A stretch of DNA of 41,066 nucleotides, from contig CAZJUB010000018.1 in the NCBI GenBank assembly GCA_964549075.1, positions 1 through 41,066 on the forward strand, written 5' to 3'. Made by a program: the position numbers and the translations under genes. Shown here piece by piece: positions 37,843 through 41,066 of this stretch. The notes under the pieces were generated by a model, which was not told the DNA's origin, searched no databases, and saw nothing but the letters and a program-made list of their open reading frames with translations. The stretch comes from an uncultured archaeon (GTDB lineage: Archaea > Asgardarchaeota > Heimdallarchaeia > Heimdallarchaeales > Heimdallarchaeaceae). Position 1 is the stretch's first letter. Each line of letters opens with the position of its first letter.

Positions 37843-38235
37843 CTAGGAATTAACTGTTTTTTCCTTTTCTCCTTTTCGTTTAATTGTAATAGAAGAAGGA
37901 ATGCCTTCAATCTCCCTTTCTAGTTTCTTTATACCCAATCTTGAAATCTGTTTTCCTTCAAGAAAACCAATCTTAATCATATACAAAACATTCTTAAAAA
38001 TAATTTCAGCAGTTTGATTTTTGTTAGAAGTTCTATAAAGACTTGACCAATATTCAAATGCTTCTGGAACCAAGAAGTACTGCATAAGGGCTATCTTATC
38101 TTTTTCTTCAATACTCTGCGGAACCTCTTCTGCATTTTTTAGCTCTTCCATTCTTTCTTTTCGTTTTTCAGCAATTTTCATGAGTTCTTGAGCTTTTCTT
38201 TTCCTAATTGCGTCCAATTCATCATCATTGGTCAT
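37843..38235 (-). CDS. PDCD5-like (dsDNA-binding TFAR19 family) protein, divergent
   Basis: DDELDAIRKRKAQEL, L.PEA and C-terminal ITIKRK. Confidence 0.75.
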   Translation of the reverse strand: MTNDDELDAIRKRKAQELMKIAEKRKERMEELKNAEEVPQSIEEKDKIALMQYFLVPEAFEYWSSLYRTSNKNQTAEIIFKNVLYMIKIGFLEGKQISRLGIKKLEREIEGIPSSITIKRKGEKEKTVNS

Positions 38236-38331
38236 TAAGCATCTATTTTCCATCTTTTATTCAAGTTATAAATATATTTTTTAATTACAGAGTTAAATTT
38301 GTAAGATTATTTCAAATGAAAAAGAGAATGT

Positions 38332-39039
38332 TTATTCTCTTCCAATAGGTAGATGTTTTTCTACAGGTAAATATCTTGAAAGATAATTAAACTTTTCAGC
38401 ATATTTTACACCACATTTAAATCCATTTGATTTTCTCCCAACTTCAATCCAATCATCTATCTGTTGCCAACCATAGAAATCACCATATAATTTAGCAACT
38501 TTTCTAATCTTCTCAAAATTGCCTGTTACATCTATATAGGTAATTGGTAGAGGAGAAGTTTCTTCATAATACATGAAGAATGGAATTTGCAAGGAAGGTC
38601 TAAAAGGATCTAAAGGTTCAGTAATCTTAGGTATTCTCGCATATGTTATTGCGTCGTATAATATGTTTGCCGTACCCCTGTGATCTGGATGTCTTGTGTT
38701 CATTGACCATGTAATAACTGCATCTGGTTTTATCTCAGCGATTACCTTGGCCATTTTTAGTGCACTATCTCTAGTAGCACGAACTGATGTATCTCCGTAA
38801 CCGAGAAACATAGTTTCACACCCTATAATTTCCCCTACTTTTTTTCCCTGTTCTTCTCGGATCTTCTTTACTTCGGAGAAATCCATTCCATTGAAATGAG
38901 AAGCCATTTCTCCACTAGTGGTCCATGCTAGAATCACATGATCCCCTCTTTCTACGTGGTTAGCTAGTGTCCCCATACAACCTATCTCGTCGTCAGGATG
39001 CGAAAAACAAGCAAAAATTGTTTTTTTATTATTACTCAT
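38332..39039 (-). CDS. PIG-L/LmbE family N-acetylglucosaminyl deacetylase
   Basis: HPDDE, TSGE, IREEQ, IKPDAVIT, HPDH and YAEKF. Confidence 0.9.
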   Translation of the reverse strand: MSNNKKTIFACFSHPDDEIGCMGTLANHVERGDHVILAWTTSGEMASHFNGMDFSEVKKIREEQGKKVGEIIGCETMFLGYGDTSVRATRDSALKMAKVIAEIKPDAVITWSMNTRHPDHRGTANILYDAITYARIPKITEPLDPFRPSLQIPFFMYYEETSPLPITYIDVTGNFEKIRKVAKLYGDFYGWQQIDDWIEVGRKSNGFKCGVKYAEKFNYLSRYLPVEKHLPIGRE

Positions 39040-39169
39040 TAGTTTTTCATAATCTTTAGAGTTTTTAAATATCACTTAGAATGACTTTTAGAATTTAATA
39101 CTTTGAAAGAAGTGTCTTGCCAAAAATACTTTAAATAATCAAAACAACGCATATCTATCAAGAGTTATC

Positions 39170-39817
39170 ATGAACCAGAGGATAATCCAGATGTTTGAAG
39201 AAAAGAAAGATCAAAGAATTGCCAGAATAATTGAACTTCCAATTCCAGTTGAATTCTTTGATATGCTTCAAGATTTGGTTTCTTTTTATGGTAGCACTGA
39301 CAAAGCTATATTAGAATCAATCAAAGCTCATCATAAAGAACAATTTGGGACACTAGATGATTTTAAAATAACGCTTTCCTCTACTGGTAAAAGTCCAATT
39401 CAGCATACTTCTAGTATTAAAACTTCAGTAACAGATGCTAGAATAGCTAAAATTATTGAGAATGGAAAGAAAATAGAGAAAAGAACAAAAGAGGAAATTG
39501 AGAAAGTAGATGATTTGTTAGAAAAATTAGAAGGTTTAACTGATCTGGCAGAATTAAAAAATGAAATAAGTTCTATGAAATCAATGATAGAGCGAATACA
39601 AACGACAGGTGTATCAGTTGGTAGAACAAGAGGTACCAGAGCAGATTTGTCCTCATTAGACGTTTCAATTGTTGATGATGTTGAAATACCTCTCTCGCCA
39701 CCTGAGCGACCACTTTTAGATACGGTACTTGACAGTATGCTCTTCTTTGATGATGAGGACTTAACAGAAGAGGATGAAGAAGAAAATAAAGAAAAAGAAA
39801 CTGATAAAAAAGATTAG
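39170..39817 (+). CDS. Hypothetical protein with possible ribbon-helix-helix N-terminus, coiled coil and acidic tail
   Basis: IIELPIPVEFFDMLQDLV..YGSTDKAILESI is RHH-like. Heptads span aa 90-143, followed by PLSPPERPLL and a D/E-rich end. Confidence 0.6.
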   Translation: MNQRIIQMFEEKKDQRIARIIELPIPVEFFDMLQDLVSFYGSTDKAILESIKAHHKEQFGTLDDFKITLSSTGKSPIQHTSSIKTSVTDARIAKIIENGKKIEKRTKEEIEKVDDLLEKLEGLTDLAELKNEISSMKSMIERIQTTGVSVGRTRGTRADLSSLDVSIVDDVEIPLSPPERPLLDTVLDSMLFFDDEDLTEEDEEENKEKETDKKD

Positions 39818-39821
39818 AAAT

Positions 39822-40364
39822 CTATGCACCAAGATTTTTAGCTTGTTTGACTAAATTTTCTGCAATATCTGTAAAAGCTTCATCTACATGAGCTCCAGTT
39901 AATGCACTTGTTCGGAAACTGTTGTGACTTTTTAATTTAGTTTGTACTTCAGTACATTCTTTTTTAGAAACAGCAATTTGATTCTTCAGATCTTCTTTGT
40001 TTCCCACTAAAACTTTTACAACATCCTTACCACAGTTATCAACAAATTCTTTACTCCACTTTTGAACATTCTTCAGTGTAGAAGCTCTAGTAAGGTCGTA
40101 AACAAGTAATGCAGCTTTAGCACCAGTGTAGAATGTATGACGAATAAATTGGAACCTTTCTTGACCTGCTAAATCCCAAATGGATAAAGCAACTCTTGTA
40201 CCATCGCTTAAATCTACAAGTTTCTCTGACGGTTCCATACCAATTGTCATTAGATAAGAACTATCAAATCGATCGTGAACAAATCTTTGAACAAGACTTG
40301 TTTTACCTACAGCTGCGTCTCCAAGCAGAAGAATCTTGAAATTATAATCAGGCTGTTTACTCAT
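39822..40364 (-). CDS. Rab-like small GTPase
   Basis: G1 GDAAVGKT, G2 YLMTIG, G3 WDLAGQERF, G4 NKED and G5 SAL. No C-terminal Cys prenylation motif. Confidence 0.94.
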   Translation of the reverse strand: MSKQPDYNFKILLLGDAAVGKTSLVQRFVHDRFDSSYLMTIGMEPSEKLVDLSDGTRVALSIWDLAGQERFQFIRHTFYTGAKAALLVYDLTRASTLKNVQKWSKEFVDNCGKDVVKVLVGNKEDLKNQIAVSKKECTEVQTKLKSHNSFRTSALTGAHVDEAFTDIAENLVKQAKNLGA

Positions 40365-40677
40365 TTTCTCCAGCTCCTAAAAGATTCAATACTTTTTCAA
40401 GTTCGTCATGAAGGCTATCAAGGTAGAAAGGTTCGAAATGTCCTTCTGCTCTGTCAATAGTGGATAAAGATATACATAAATCTATAACAACGGATTTGTG
40501 TTCCTTTTCGAGATCAGCTGGTCGATACGATTCAATCTTTTTTTGAGCACTTCTCGCAAGATGAGAAATTTCCTTTCGAGAGGAGATTCCATTTTCGAAA
40601 GAAGAAAGAACTTCTTGCATCCATTGAACAGCTTTCTTGAGTTCATCAATTTTACCAAGAGGGGAAATAGTACTCAT
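40357..40677 (-). CDS. Hypothetical all-helical protein translationally coupled to the Rab-like GTPase
   Basis: 106-aa ORF whose end overlaps the GTPase start (GGAGAAAATGAGTAA). Confidence 0.7.
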   Translation of the reverse strand: MSTISPLGKIDELKKAVQWMQEVLSSFENGISSRKEISHLARSAQKKIESYRPADLEKEHKSVVIDLCISLSTIDRAEGHFEPFYLDSLHDELEKVLNLLGAGENE

Positions 40678-40766
40678 TACAAATAAGAAAAAGAAACAGC
40701 GTTAATATAATTTGCGCTTGAATTGTAAAAAAAAGAAAAAAATAAGGGAAAAACGGAACTGTTTCT

Positions 40767-41066
40767 TTAATTTTCGTTTTTCACTTCATGAAATTTGGAA
40801 GCTCTTCTTGTTAGTACAATCAAAAAGGAAAACAGTAACCCAAAAATTAAGTAATGAACTGAACTAACAGTCTCATCAGAAGGGATAGTTAAAACAGTAA
40901 AGTTAGCATAAGTGAAGTCTGCCACTCCAAAAGAGACTTGAAATTGTACAGGTAATAATTCAGCATTAGAAGGGTATAAAGTGTTTATGGGTCTGAGTAC
41001 GGTATAATTGCCGTCAGGAAGGTAGGGTATATCGTTTTGATTGATGTAGAATAACAAAGTCTCATA
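40767..41066 (-). CDS. C-terminal part of a membrane-anchored secreted protein (partial)
   Basis: Frame open to the window end, with N-x-T sequons and a C-terminal TM helix (YLIFGLLFSFLIVL) followed by TRR. Confidence 0.65.
   Translation of the reverse strand, partial: YETLLFYINQNDIPYLPDGNYTVLRPINTLYPSNAELLPVQFQVSFGVADFTYANFTVLTIPSDETVSSVHYLIFGLLFSFLIVLTRRASKFHEVKNEN

Noticed and set aside
3532-40686. Many 60-140 aa alternative ORFs in the track (e.g. 4716-5042, 15020-16083, 20082-20504, 23700-24071, 27744-28035, 34904-35107)
   Set aside because: They overlap well-supported genes and show no motifs or ribosome-binding sites.
1-41066. tRNA/rRNA genes, transposases, integrases or prophage
   Set aside because: No GC-rich structured island or mobile-element motif seen, and intergenic gaps are short and AT-rich. 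tRNAscan-SE or Infernal would be decisive.

Overview
AT-rich (roughly 30% GC by eye), gene-dense window from an Asgard archaeon, most likely Heimdallarchaeia. Archaeal housekeeping genes (leuS, tmk, apgM, Mrp/NBP35, prefoldin beta, DHH phosphoesterase, ECF transporter, aminotransferase) are mixed with many eukaryotic signature genes. These include a Lokiactin-type actin, a roadblock protein, an LRR protein, a 7TM-longin fusion, a B-box/coiled-coil/PH-like protein and a Rab-like GTPase. A convergent ubiquitin-ESCRT locus carries two ESCRT-III genes, Vps4 and Vps25 on the + strand, and ubiquitin, E1, a UEV-Vps23/Vps28 fusion, a small Vps28-CTD-like gene and Vps22/36 on the - strand. The most unusual signal is an A/V-ATPase subunit I (a) of 1067 aa with a full tandem duplication of its soluble N-terminal domain. 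It occurs with only the membrane-sector partners (C/d and K/c), next to actin and ESCRT. No rRNA, tRNA, CRISPR array or mobile element was recognised. All calls come from motif reading by eye; no database searches were run.
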